Source: a virus. From it: a stretch of 49,338 nt of DNA. The DNA lies in the IMG/VR virus record IMGVR_UViG_3300045988_118932, one strand, 5' to 3'. Below are positions 23,140 through 31,172 of this stretch, piece after piece (positions within the stretch are counted from its first letter, which is position 1; each line of letters starts with the position of its first letter). The translations under genes were made by a program, and so were the position numbers. The notes beneath the pieces are model-generated. The model saw only the letters and a list, made by a program, of their open reading frames with translations, had not been told where the DNA came from and searched no databases.

Positions 23140-23710
23140 GGACGACTTATTTAAGGTGTTTTTAATAAATGACCTGATGGATTTGCCTAATGCCGTTACT
23201 AAAATTTTAGATATGGATTTAGAAGATAGGAATAAAATATACCGAGAGTTGATTAGACTGAACGATAACGATTTGTCTTATGACTGGTTTCAAGAAGTTT
23301 ACGAAAGTGATTTATCTGAAAGAAAGCAAAAAAAACAGGACTTCACACCAAATTCTCTGGGAGTATTATGTTCATTACTAACATCTCAAACCGGAAGTAT
23401 ACATGAACCTACTGCCGGAAATGGATCTATGATCATTGCGGATTGGTGGCAACGTTGTACGAAATTATTACCCTGGGAACATTTCCCATCTCAGAATATT
23501 GTATCATGTTGGGAATTATCTGATAGATCAATTCCTATACTTCTTTTAAACTTATCGATTAGAGGAATTATGGGGTATGTTTATCACGGGGATGTATTAA
23601 CAAAAGAAGTTAAGCAGAAGTATATCCTTCTTAATCGCAAAGATGATACACTTTCCTTTTCGGAAATAATAAAAGCAGATACTAATGCCAAAATAGTACA
23701 AGAATTATGA
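23132..23710 (+). CDS. Truncated N6-adenine methyltransferase-like protein (SAM-binding half only)
   Basis: FQEVYESDLSERKQKKQDFTPNSL (motif X-like), HEPTAGNGSMII (motif I-like) and LLNLSIRG...GDVL are present. No NPPY/F catalytic motif appears before the stop. Confidence 0.5.
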   Translation: MNKDDLFKVFLINDLMDLPNAVTKILDMDLEDRNKIYRELIRLNDNDLSYDWFQEVYESDLSERKQKKQDFTPNSLGVLCSLLTSQTGSIHEPTAGNGSMIIADWWQRCTKLLPWEHFPSQNIVSCWELSDRSIPILLLNLSIRGIMGYVYHGDVLTKEVKQKYILLNRKDDTLSFSEIIKADTNAKIVQEL

Positions 23711-24660
23711 AATTAAATGATGTATATAATAAATGGTTGTCTGTCAAGAGAAGACAAGTTAAGGAATCAACACTAAGCTGTTATCAGCTCATATATATAA
23801 AGATACTGGCTCCTAGATTTGGATCTACAGATGTGGAGACCATGAATAAGAAGGTTGTTACAACATTTCTTTATGAACTTCTTGATTCAGGCACTAAGTC
23901 AAAGAAATACTGCTCAGATATCCTTATAGTCATAAAGATGCTTATTCGCTACGCTGGTGACGAATTGGACATCAATGTTCCCGATACAGCTTGGAAGGTT
24001 ATTTGGCCAACCAATAATAAGGTTGGCGTTTCAAAATTAGAACGTTACACGCAAGAAGAATATCGTAAAATTGTTGAGTATGTTATGGATAATCCATCAC
24101 CTCGCAATTTAGGCATTTTATTAACAATATGCACAGGCATGAGGATTGGCGAAATTTGTGCGTTACAGTGGCGGGATATAGATATTGTTGGCAATACAAT
24201 TCATGTCAATAAAACAATGGAGCGCATATATCTTCCTGGAAATATCGGTACCGACAGGAAAAAGACGGTGGTTGAGATAGGAGCTCCTAAAACTAGTTCA
24301 TCAGATAGGCACATACCTATTCTTAAAAATATTTTACCCATTGTGAAAAAGTTCTATGCCGTATGTAAGCCAGATTATTATGTTTGCACCTGCTCTGAGG
24401 ATTTTATCGAACCTCGAACTTTACGTACATATTATCGAATTTTTATTCTTGAAAAAGTAAAGTTAAATCATTGCATTAAATTTCATGGATTGCGACATAC
24501 TTTTGCAAGTACCTTGATTGAAAATAAAGTCGATGTTAAAACTGTATCCACAATTCTAGGACATTCGGATATAAGTACAACCCTCAATGTATACGTACAC
24601 CCATCAAATGAAGCCAAAATATGCGCTGTTAATGGAGGCTTAAAAGGAATATTCAGATAG
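23707..24660 (+). CDS. Tyrosine recombinase (XerC/D- or Rci-like), apparently intact
   Basis: TGMRIGEICALQWRDI (box I Arg), HGLRHTFAS, LGHSDISTTLNVYVH (catalytic Tyr). Confidence 0.85.
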   Translation: MKLNDVYNKWLSVKRRQVKESTLSCYQLIYIKILAPRFGSTDVETMNKKVVTTFLYELLDSGTKSKKYCSDILIVIKMLIRYAGDELDINVPDTAWKVIWPTNNKVGVSKLERYTQEEYRKIVEYVMDNPSPRNLGILLTICTGMRIGEICALQWRDIDIVGNTIHVNKTMERIYLPGNIGTDRKKTVVEIGAPKTSSSDRHIPILKNILPIVKKFYAVCKPDYYVCTCSEDFIEPRTLRTYYRIFILEKVKLNHCIKFHGLRHTFASTLIENKVDVKTVSTILGHSDISTTLNVYVHPSNEAKICAVNGGLKGIFR

Positions 24661-24818
24661 TTTGGATACGGAATAATAAGAAAGAAGATAATAATTATAA
24701 AATAACGAATCATAGAAACAATTGGTCAAGCGAGGCTTTTGGCTTCAAACAAAGTAGTTGATCGTATTAAGGAAGATTTGATAAAATATTTATCTGATTC
24801 ATAACAAATAAACAGACA

Positions 24819-25655
24819 ATGTTACAGGACAAAATAAACTACTCCATTGCACTGCTGCGTAAGTGCGAGAAGATGGCGCTTGATTATGATCCGGAGAATG
24901 GCTTTTATTTGGCCTTTTCCGGTGGAAAAGATAGTCAAGCACTTTATCACATCGCAAAGATGGCTGGTGTAAAGTTTAAGGCTCACATGAATCTTACATC
25001 TGTTGACCCTCCGGAAGTCATTCGGTTTGTGAAACAGAACTATCCGGATGTAGAGCTGATAAAGCCAACGATGTCGGTTTATGATATGGCTCTAAAGAAG
25101 CACTTTATTCCAACAAGGACGTTTCGCTGGTGTTGCGTTGAATTTAAAGAAATGTCCGGTGCAGGGAAAGTTACCTTGATCGGCATTCGTAAAACTGAAA
25201 GTGTGCAGCGTTCCAAACGTGAAGAAATTGAGATTAGCGGCCGTAAATTCAGCGGGAACTTCGACCAATTTTCTGAGCATAAAGAAAAGATGGTTACTTG
25301 TGTTAAAGGTAAGGACAAGATTCTTGTTTCTCCGATTATCCATTGGACAGACAGAGATGTGTGGGGCTTTCTGAATGGAAATGGAATAGAACACTGTTCT
25401 TTGTACGATGAAGGATATAAGCGAATAGGTTGTATTCTTTGCCCGATGGCAAACCGAAAACAAAAGCTGAAAGATATAAAGCGGTTTCCTCATGTTCGTA
25501 GGAAATGGGTACAAACAATTCAAAAACTCATTGATGCCGGATATATCAATCACAATTTTACCGATGCGGAATTTTGCTTCAATTGGTGGATAAGCGACAA
25601 GAGTTTCGATCAGTTTTATGCAGACGAAGTTCTACAACAGAAAATTCAATTTTAA
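24819..25655 (+). CDS. PAPS-reductase-family PP-loop protein (DndC/IbrA-like)
   Basis: LAFSGGKDSQAL PP-loop and a Cys pair in IGCILCPMA. Confidence 0.7.
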   Translation: MLQDKINYSIALLRKCEKMALDYDPENGFYLAFSGGKDSQALYHIAKMAGVKFKAHMNLTSVDPPEVIRFVKQNYPDVELIKPTMSVYDMALKKHFIPTRTFRWCCVEFKEMSGAGKVTLIGIRKTESVQRSKREEIEISGRKFSGNFDQFSEHKEKMVTCVKGKDKILVSPIIHWTDRDVWGFLNGNGIEHCSLYDEGYKRIGCILCPMANRKQKLKDIKRFPHVRRKWVQTIQKLIDAGYINHNFTDAEFCFNWWISDKSFDQFYADEVLQQKIQF

Positions 25656-25658
25656 AAA

Positions 25659-25880
25659 TTATTGAACTCTTTCAAAATAGATAGGCTTCTGATTTGGATT
25701 CAGTTTTACAAGATAACCATCATAAACTAATTGCGATATTGCAAGTCCGACTTCGAGTCCGTCTTTTATAGAAGGTTCCAATGCTTGAGCCCATAACAAA
25801 AGCATGTGCTTGGTTATACCAGTTTGTCCAACTGTTGTATTGTTCAATAATCCCTGTAGAATTGCATCCTGAGTGTTCAT
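25659..25880 (-). CDS. Hypothetical protein (73 aa)
   Basis: ORF track with the start moved to MNTQDAILQG. Confidence 0.4.
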   Translation of the reverse strand: MNTQDAILQGLLNNTTVGQTGITKHMLLLWAQALEPSIKDGLEVGLAISQLVYDGYLVKLNPNQKPIYFERVQ

Positions 25881-25931
25881 AATTATATGTGTTTTAACAA
25901 TAAATTGCAAAGATAATTAATAAAATGATAA

Positions 25932-26111
25932 TTGCATGGTTTTCTTGCGGAGCAATCAGAGCAACCGATACATACTATCCAAAGCGATAAGTATAGTTGT
26001 GTGGCCGATATACTTTGGAAAGACTGGATTAACAGTGTGCATTGTGCGGCTTGTAGTTGGTATAAAGAATGTGAATTAAAAGAGCTAAGTATGATAATAG
26101 ATAAGCAATAA
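25932..26111 (+). CDS. Hypothetical Cys-rich small protein (59 aa, TTG start)
   Basis: My translation is ...DKYSCVADILWKDWINSVHCAACSWYKECELKEL..., ending at the shared terminator. The start codon is uncertain. Confidence 0.3.
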   Translation: MHGFLAEQSEQPIHTIQSDKYSCVADILWKDWINSVHCAACSWYKECELKELSMIIDKQ

Positions 26112-26137
26112 GGGTATGTCATTTTTGGGCATACCCT
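26111..26137. terminator. Bidirectional hairpin terminator
   Basis: AGGGTATG-TCATTTTTGGG-CATACCCT between convergent ORFs. Confidence 0.65.
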
Positions 26138-26147
26138 CATAAATAAA

Positions 26148-26426
26148 TTAAATAAAAACTTGAAATGTGAGTTGACTTACGTAGTTCCCATTAGAATTAC
26201 TTCCTGTACTTAAATCAGTTGTTACATGATTAGTTTTAACCTCACATTTGTTATCCATGAAAGAGTTCATATAACTACAAATAGAGTTTTCTAAATCATT
26301 TGGATTACCATAGTAAAGTTTTTCGCAAATAACCTTTACTAAAGTGTTTCCACACCCTTCAAAAAGTCTTGGACTAATTGTTTGATTGTGTTCTTTTCCT
26401 GTCGCTGTTAATTTAATTGTTAGCAT
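26148..26426 (-). CDS. Hypothetical protein (92 aa)
   Basis: ORF track with the start moved to MLTIKLTATG. Confidence 0.45.
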   Translation of the reverse strand: MLTIKLTATGKEHNQTISPRLFEGCGNTLVKVICEKLYYGNPNDLENSICSYMNSFMDNKCEVKTNHVTTDLSTGSNSNGNYVSQLTFQVFI

Positions 26427-26512
26427 AATTGTGAAATTTGATGTTGAAAAATGATATTGCTGAAGTAAATATCGGAAATTAAAAATTACCAACCAAATAA
26501 AATTCAAAATGT

Positions 26513-26875
26513 ATGACCATAAAAGTATCAGATTTGATTCAAATCACGAAAGATATTAATTTAACAAAAGAAAAAATGAGAAGAGATGATATTGAAAAAG
26601 CAGCAACCCAACATGCTAATATGATAGGTTGGGATCATGATCCGGAGGAAACAAGAGGACTGTTTGCCTATTCATTCGAGAAAGGTGCAGAATGGCGCAT
26701 CAACTCGGTGTGGCACAATGCAATAACAGATATACCTGAAGCATATTTCCCAGTACTTGTGGAAGATGACTTGGAGGATTTTGAAGTTAGTATGCTAGCA
26801 TTAGTAGAAGAATGCCCCAAAAATTGGAGGCGCTGGGCATACATCGAAGACTTACTACCTAATACGGAGGAATGA
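26513..26875 (+). CDS. DUF551-like protein, paralogue of 13542..13917
   Basis: FEKGAEWRINSVWHNAITDIPE...WAYIEDLLPN parallels FIAGAEWQSRQMAWISVNDKLPE...HWMYFPD. Confidence 0.5.
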   Translation: MTIKVSDLIQITKDINLTKEKMRRDDIEKAATQHANMIGWDHDPEETRGLFAYSFEKGAEWRINSVWHNAITDIPEAYFPVLVEDDLEDFEVSMLALVEECPKNWRRWAYIEDLLPNTEE

Positions 26876-27066
26876 ATATGAATAAAATAGAAAAACTTAT
26901 AGAGAAAAAGAGCGTCCTGGAAGAGAGATTGCATAAAGAAGAGCGCAGAGAAATTGAAATGTTGAATAGAAGAGGTTTTGGATATGCGATGCGACATGTC
27001 AAAATTGGTTTCTCTACACGAAAATCAGATGCTCTCAAAGAACGCAATTGCAAATATATAAGTTGA
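26872..27066 (+). CDS. Hypothetical protein (64 aa)
   Basis: ORF track; 4-nt overlap with the upstream gene. Confidence 0.4.
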   Translation: MNMNKIEKLIEKKSVLEERLHKEERREIEMLNRRGFGYAMRHVKIGFSTRKSDALKERNCKYIS

Positions 27067-27108
27067 AACTATAATAACGATATACGGTTAGCAATATTTA
27101 AGTATAAT

Positions 27109-27414
27109 TTACAAACTCCTTAATGGCATACCAAGCGACTCACGTATATTCCTAACTATAACCTTTAGCAGATAATTTCTGCGTATTCTGTCAGGGTAGA
27201 TATTTTTCAACTTGTTGATCGATTGCTGCGTAAATCCGGTAAATGACGATATTTGAGATTCACTGAATTTATATTCAGATAGTATAACAACCATGATACC
27301 GCGTGAATCAACAATATCACTTCGTTTACACTTTGACAGTATCAGGTCTTCTGATACTTCTGTCTCTTTAGAGACAATTCTTAATATTTTGGCAAAGATT
27401 TCAGATTTACACAT
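27109..27414 (-). CDS. DnaA-domain-IV-like HTH protein (101 aa), candidate transcription regulator
   Basis: ILRIVSKETEVSEDLILSKCKRSDIVDSRGIMVVILSEY.FSESQISSFTGFTQQSINK follows the DnaA C-terminal HTH pattern. Confidence 0.5.
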   Translation of the reverse strand: MCKSEIFAKILRIVSKETEVSEDLILSKCKRSDIVDSRGIMVVILSEYKFSESQISSFTGFTQQSINKLKNIYPDRIRRNYLLKVIVRNIRESLGMPLRSL

Positions 27415-27433
27415 AATGTTTGAATTTTAGTTA

Positions 27434-27590
27434 TATCTTTGCCTTCGCTACATAAAACTTATCGCACATAATGCAACAAAAGCATAGACATTCATGTTGA
27501 AGATATTAAGTCCCCAACGTGCGAGTGTCTATGCTTGTGTATCAGTTTTATGTAGCAGTTAAACGTGATACGTTGGGGGCTTTTATTTTA
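27434..27590 (+). ncRNA. Repeat element R2, candidate ~140-nt sRNA with nested inverted repeats
   Basis: A TATCTTTG box lies at 27434. Pairings are GCTACATAAAAC/GTTTTATGTAGC, AAGCATAGACA/TGTCTATGCTT and CCCCAACGT/ACGTTGGGG, followed by CTTTTATTTT. Confidence 0.45.
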
Positions 27591-27627
27591 CTTCCCAGCC
27601 CCATAGGAAGAGACTATGAACAAAAGT

Positions 27628-28074
27628 CTACTGCTTCAGTTTGTAAACCATCCGGCCAACAACGATCAGTATTATGACAATGACAGCCGCCATCGCCCAG
27701 CCGCCTACTTCTATCTTCATCCGTTGCCAGACTGTCAGCCTCTTTTCGATTTCAACCGGGTATGGTACTCGGATAGTATCTGTTCGGTTTATATATAGCG
27801 TGTCTACCCTGTCCTTGTACTTATAGATGTACCTGTACCGATATTCGGCAACGGTATCGCCTCTTTGAATTACAGAGACCGAATCATGTATAAGCACGCT
27901 ATCGATCCGGGCCGAGTTAAAGAACACGCTATCAATTCTGACCGTTTCAACCGGGACATAACGGACTTGCGTACGGCAAGATGTAAGCATACAGATCAGT
28001 GCTATTATCAATAACCCGATCAAACCACCTAATAATTCGTCTTTGTCTCTTTCGTCCATCATAACAAGCTCCAT
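27628..28074 (-). CDS. Unimolecular-spanin-like protein (N-terminal lipobox plus C-terminal TM helix)
   Basis: LLGGLIGLLIIALICMLTSC carries the lipobox LTSC. The C-terminal helix is GGWAMAAVIVIILIVVGRMVY. It is the last gene of the lysis cassette. Confidence 0.55.
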   Translation of the reverse strand: MELVMMDERDKDELLGGLIGLLIIALICMLTSCRTQVRYVPVETVRIDSVFFNSARIDSVLIHDSVSVIQRGDTVAEYRYRYIYKYKDRVDTLYINRTDTIRVPYPVEIEKRLTVWQRMKIEVGGWAMAAVIVIILIVVGRMVYKLKQ

Positions 28075-28457
28075 CCGTCAATCACATCTGGCATATCAGC
28101 CTCTACCCCATTCTCCACACGGCTCATACCTGCCACAATACGGATCATCTGCTCACGGTCATTTACATTGATCGGATCGTCGGCCGGGATTCCGGCATAA
28201 TCTGATACGGCCTTTACATAAGCTTCTGTATGGTTTTCTTTCGGTGGCGCCCACCGGGTAATCATCTTGCGGATAGTGTCGAGTTTGTAATTTTTGAAGT
28301 AGTTAGATAATATTTTAAACATCGCCCGGTAGCCGTAGGCCATTGTTGTAAACTGTTTAAAAGATTTATCCTCACTGGGCCTTACTTCTCCTTGGAACAA
28401 GTCGTTATTAATCCGAATATTACCAGGATTGTTATTTCTAAGTCCTCTTGCTGTCAT
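28059..28457 (-). CDS. Putative peptidoglycan hydrolase / endolysin-like protein with an RNNNPGNIR motif
   Basis: The N-terminus GLRNNNPGNIRINNDLFQGE is conserved in a family of phage lysis/virion proteins. The call rests on position within the lysis cassette and my recollection of the family. Confidence 0.45.
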   Translation of the reverse strand: MTARGLRNNNPGNIRINNDLFQGEVRPSEDKSFKQFTTMAYGYRAMFKILSNYFKNYKLDTIRKMITRWAPPKENHTEAYVKAVSDYAGIPADDPINVNDREQMIRIVAGMSRVENGVEADMPDVIDGWSLL

Positions 28458-28490
28458 AATATATTACTCCATTATCTAAATTAAACTTGT

Positions 28491-28862
28491 CTAAAACTCA
28501 CTGGGTGGCTCTCGATCTGGACATCCATGTTTATTACATTTCCGAAAATCAAGAGCACTATTCCTAATTATCAATTCCGTATTCTTTTCAGTTAGCTCAC
28601 AGATACGCTGACGCAATTCTTCTATTTTTGCATACAAAGTATCTATTTTAGTATCCAGTTCACCCACTCTTTTTTCCTTTTTCTCGTATAATTCTTTCCA
28701 TTCATCAGCATACTGAGTAATGTTATCCGCTTCTGCTTTTTTAGCTTCTGCGGCAGCCTTACGTTTTCGAGATTCATAAAACATGAATGCTCCAATTAAC
28801 GGCAGGCCTGCTGCGCTGATAAATGATCCTATCAACTGGACTATTTCTTGCATTTCCATCAT
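28491..28862 (-). CDS. Type II membrane protein with a coiled coil (holin or i-spanin-like)
   Basis: The N-terminal TM helix is LIGSFISAAGLPLIGAFMFY, followed by a charged coiled coil and a Cys pair (CNKHGC). Confidence 0.45.
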   Translation of the reverse strand: MMEMQEIVQLIGSFISAAGLPLIGAFMFYESRKRKAAAEAKKAEADNITQYADEWKELYEKKEKRVGELDTKIDTLYAKIEELRQRICELTEKNTELIIRNSALDFRKCNKHGCPDREPPSEF

Positions 28863-29375
28863 TTAAAGTAAAAATAATATGCCTAAATAAGTGGATAATA
28901 AGGCAGCTATCTCAATCCAGAACATCGGCTTGCTCTGGTAGAACTTATACCAAAATGTGCCCTCTTTTTCTTTGGCAATGCTTAATGCGGTATACCCTAC
29001 ATAGGCAAGCCATACTAACAACATTGGCCAGAGGTTCAATGCCACCCAAAGTTGCGATCCGGCAATACAGATGATTGCTCCAGCAGAATGCATCTTGCTC
29101 TCATAATCATCTTTGAAATTGGGAGCTGAACCAACAAAGAACATGCCAGCACAGGACAGAAATGCAATCCATTCCGTGTTTGGTTTACTTACCTCCAATA
29201 TTGCAGGCATCAATAAACCGGCAGTCAGCCACATCGTTGCCATAAACCACAATTTATGCTCCAGATAGTAATAGGTAGCACTTATGGAATAAGGTACACC
29301 CTTAGTCTTTACACACACGGCAGCCGTGTAGGCCGCAATAACAAGCATTGAAATAATCGTCAAAATAGTTATCAT
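28863..29375 (-). CDS. Six-pass membrane protein (holin candidate or other membrane function)
   Basis: About six hydrophobic segments in 170 aa; it sits at the head of the lysis cassette. Confidence 0.4.
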   Translation of the reverse strand: MITILTIISMLVIAAYTAAVCVKTKGVPYSISATYYYLEHKLWFMATMWLTAGLLMPAILEVSKPNTEWIAFLSCAGMFFVGSAPNFKDDYESKMHSAGAIICIAGSQLWVALNLWPMLLVWLAYVGYTALSIAKEKEGTFWYKFYQSKPMFWIEIAALLSTYLGILFLL

Positions 29376-30403
29376 ACCAATCTTACATTTATGTTAATCA
29401 ATTCTTTCAAATGGGCATATACCGGATTAATCGTACCATAAAAGCAGTAATATTTCTTCCTTACGCCGTCTTCCATTTCCGTATAATACTTTCCCTGTTC
29501 AAGCGTCATGCCTGGCGCATAGAGTTTGGGATCGTATTCCGTGCCTTTGTGATTTTCGTCCATGCGCTCATAAAGAGCAGCCGTATCTACCGAAGGAGGA
29601 TATATTTCGAGAACCGGATTTATCGGTTGCCGGACTTTCCATAACCAGTCATCGTTAATTACCCGGTTGCCGGTTTCCAACTTCCCGTTAATAAATTCTT
29701 TCCATTCCGCATGTGCGTATTTGGCACCAATCGCTTCATCATCCGTCAGTGACATTGCAGACACAGATTTACGGGTGATACGGGATAGTTGCTTCTCTGA
29801 ATCGTGCGTTTCCGTGTATTTTACGGCTTCCTGTAATTCGGCTGTTGTTCTATGGATTACATCAGGGTAGCCCGTCACCTCAATCGCTTCTACATCTTCC
29901 ACTGTCTCGGCAGCTTCAATATCAGAGAGTAACTTTTCTGATAGACCTATACAGATATCATTATAGTCTGCCATCTCATTGAGAGCTTCCAATAACAGAG
30001 ATGATTTATACGAATTCCCGTTTACTTCAACCGTATCTTTTCGGGCACACTGGTCTTTTAGAGACAAACGGTCGTATGTATATACATCGTTGTCCTCTAT
30101 GTAATAGTGCCGGTAGTCGGTGTTGTAGACTTCCTGACGCTTCAAGTCTTTTGCAGTTTGAAGTTTTTCTTCCGGTGTCGGTTCGGGAATGGGTGTCAAT
30201 TGCATATTGAACACTTCTTCTACGGATGCACCTTCGTTTGCCTCTTTAAAGGCAATCTGTTCCTCTGTCAGCAAAACGTACTTTCCTGCAACATAATCCT
30301 CCCATGTTGTGCCGATATCGTTGTCTGCTGTATCGAGCTTTTCCGGCATTGCGACATAGATATTCGCTGCGTCTTTCTGTATGTATAAATAGTTTATTTC
30401 CAT
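29372..30403 (-). CDS. Acidic fibre-associated protein with a C-terminal module shared with ORF 47799..48464
   Basis: AEWKEF..GNRV..DWLWKV...HKGTEYDPKLY...GKYYTE..GV.KKYYC parallels PEWKTG..GERY..DVLWECV...HSGTIEDPIPY...NKYYTQDGVLYLC. Confidence 0.5.
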   Translation of the reverse strand: MEINYLYIQKDAANIYVAMPEKLDTADNDIGTTWEDYVAGKYVLLTEEQIAFKEANEGASVEEVFNMQLTPIPEPTPEEKLQTAKDLKRQEVYNTDYRHYYIEDNDVYTYDRLSLKDQCARKDTVEVNGNSYKSSLLLEALNEMADYNDICIGLSEKLLSDIEAAETVEDVEAIEVTGYPDVIHRTTAELQEAVKYTETHDSEKQLSRITRKSVSAMSLTDDEAIGAKYAHAEWKEFINGKLETGNRVINDDWLWKVRQPINPVLEIYPPSVDTAALYERMDENHKGTEYDPKLYAPGMTLEQGKYYTEMEDGVRKKYYCFYGTINPVYAHLKELININVRLV

Positions 30404-30409
30404 TTTGAT

Positions 30410-31171
30410 TTATTTGTATTTATTATATCGTAATACGATAATCCCCGAACCGCCAGAACCGGATGAAATCCCTCCTGATACATTGGAACCACTTATATAA
30501 AAAGAACCTCCTCCTGATCCTGTATTGGGTTTTCCATTAGTAGGGTTGCCTAACGATCCTCCCCCTATACCTATTCCTCCTCCTCCTTGTGACGATCCGG
30601 AGCTATATTCTCCACCACCTCCACCCCCACCGGCATACAATTTATTATTGAATGGACATCTTGTAGTGGTTCCTTGCCCTATCCCAGGCATATCGCCAAC
30701 TCCATTAGATCCATCACTACCTCCGATATATCCTGCCATATTTCCTGAAGACATTCCACTTCCTCCTCCTGAACCTCCATCTCCTCCCTTGCCAGAATAT
30801 TGTCCACCATTTCCCCCATTGGCATAGTATATAGCTGAGTCCCTAAACCAAGAATTCTGGCCTTTTAGTCCATCTTTCGCATCATTATAAGACGATGTTG
30901 ATCTTACACTATTGCCTCCGTTTCCTATTACATAATTAATAGATTCTCCCGGTGTAACAGATATACCTAAATATAATTCAGTGCAACCGGAACCGCCCCC
31001 ACCACCACCTCTTTCAGGGCCTGACGATGCACCAGAGCCACCACCTCCAACAATAAAAACGTCAACTGATTTACATCCTGCTGGGACCGTCCATTTGCCA
31101 GAAGATTTTAGCTCTTCTACAACTTGTACTGTCTCTCTTTTCCCCGTCGACATTGTCCTTCTTCTCAACAT
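30410..31171 (-). CDS. Glycine-rich domain tail-fibre protein
   Basis: WTVPAGCKSVDVFIVGGGGSGASSG...GGGGGGSG...IIVLRYNK is the typical glycine-rich fibre-domain pattern. Confidence 0.6.
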   Translation of the reverse strand: MLRRRTMSTGKRETVQVVEELKSSGKWTVPAGCKSVDVFIVGGGGSGASSGPERGGGGGGSGCTELYLGISVTPGESINYVIGNGGNSVRSTSSYNDAKDGLKGQNSWFRDSAIYYANGGNGGQYSGKGGDGGSGGGSGMSSGNMAGYIGGSDGSNGVGDMPGIGQGTTTRCPFNNKLYAGGGGGGGEYSSGSSQGGGGIGIGGGSLGNPTNGKPNTGSGGGSFYISGSNVSGGISSGSGGSGIIVLRYNKYK

Positions 31172-31172
31172 A

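Larger units (their letters stand above)
22518..24697 (+). mobile_element. Candidate integrase-bearing cassette (2.2 kb, visibly AT-rich) bounded by 20-bp direct repeats
   Basis: AAGAAAGAAGATAAAAATTA (22518-22537) against AAGAAAGAAGATAATAATTA (24678-24697), 19 of 20 identical. The right copy lies 18 nt after the recombinase stop. Confidence 0.45.

Noticed and set aside
30525-30827. Proline-rich 100-aa plus-strand ORF; also 30981..31199 and 32007..32309
   Set aside because: These are mirror images of Gly-rich and collagen-like coding sequence on the minus strand (GGN read antisense as NCC). They are an artefact of the repeats.
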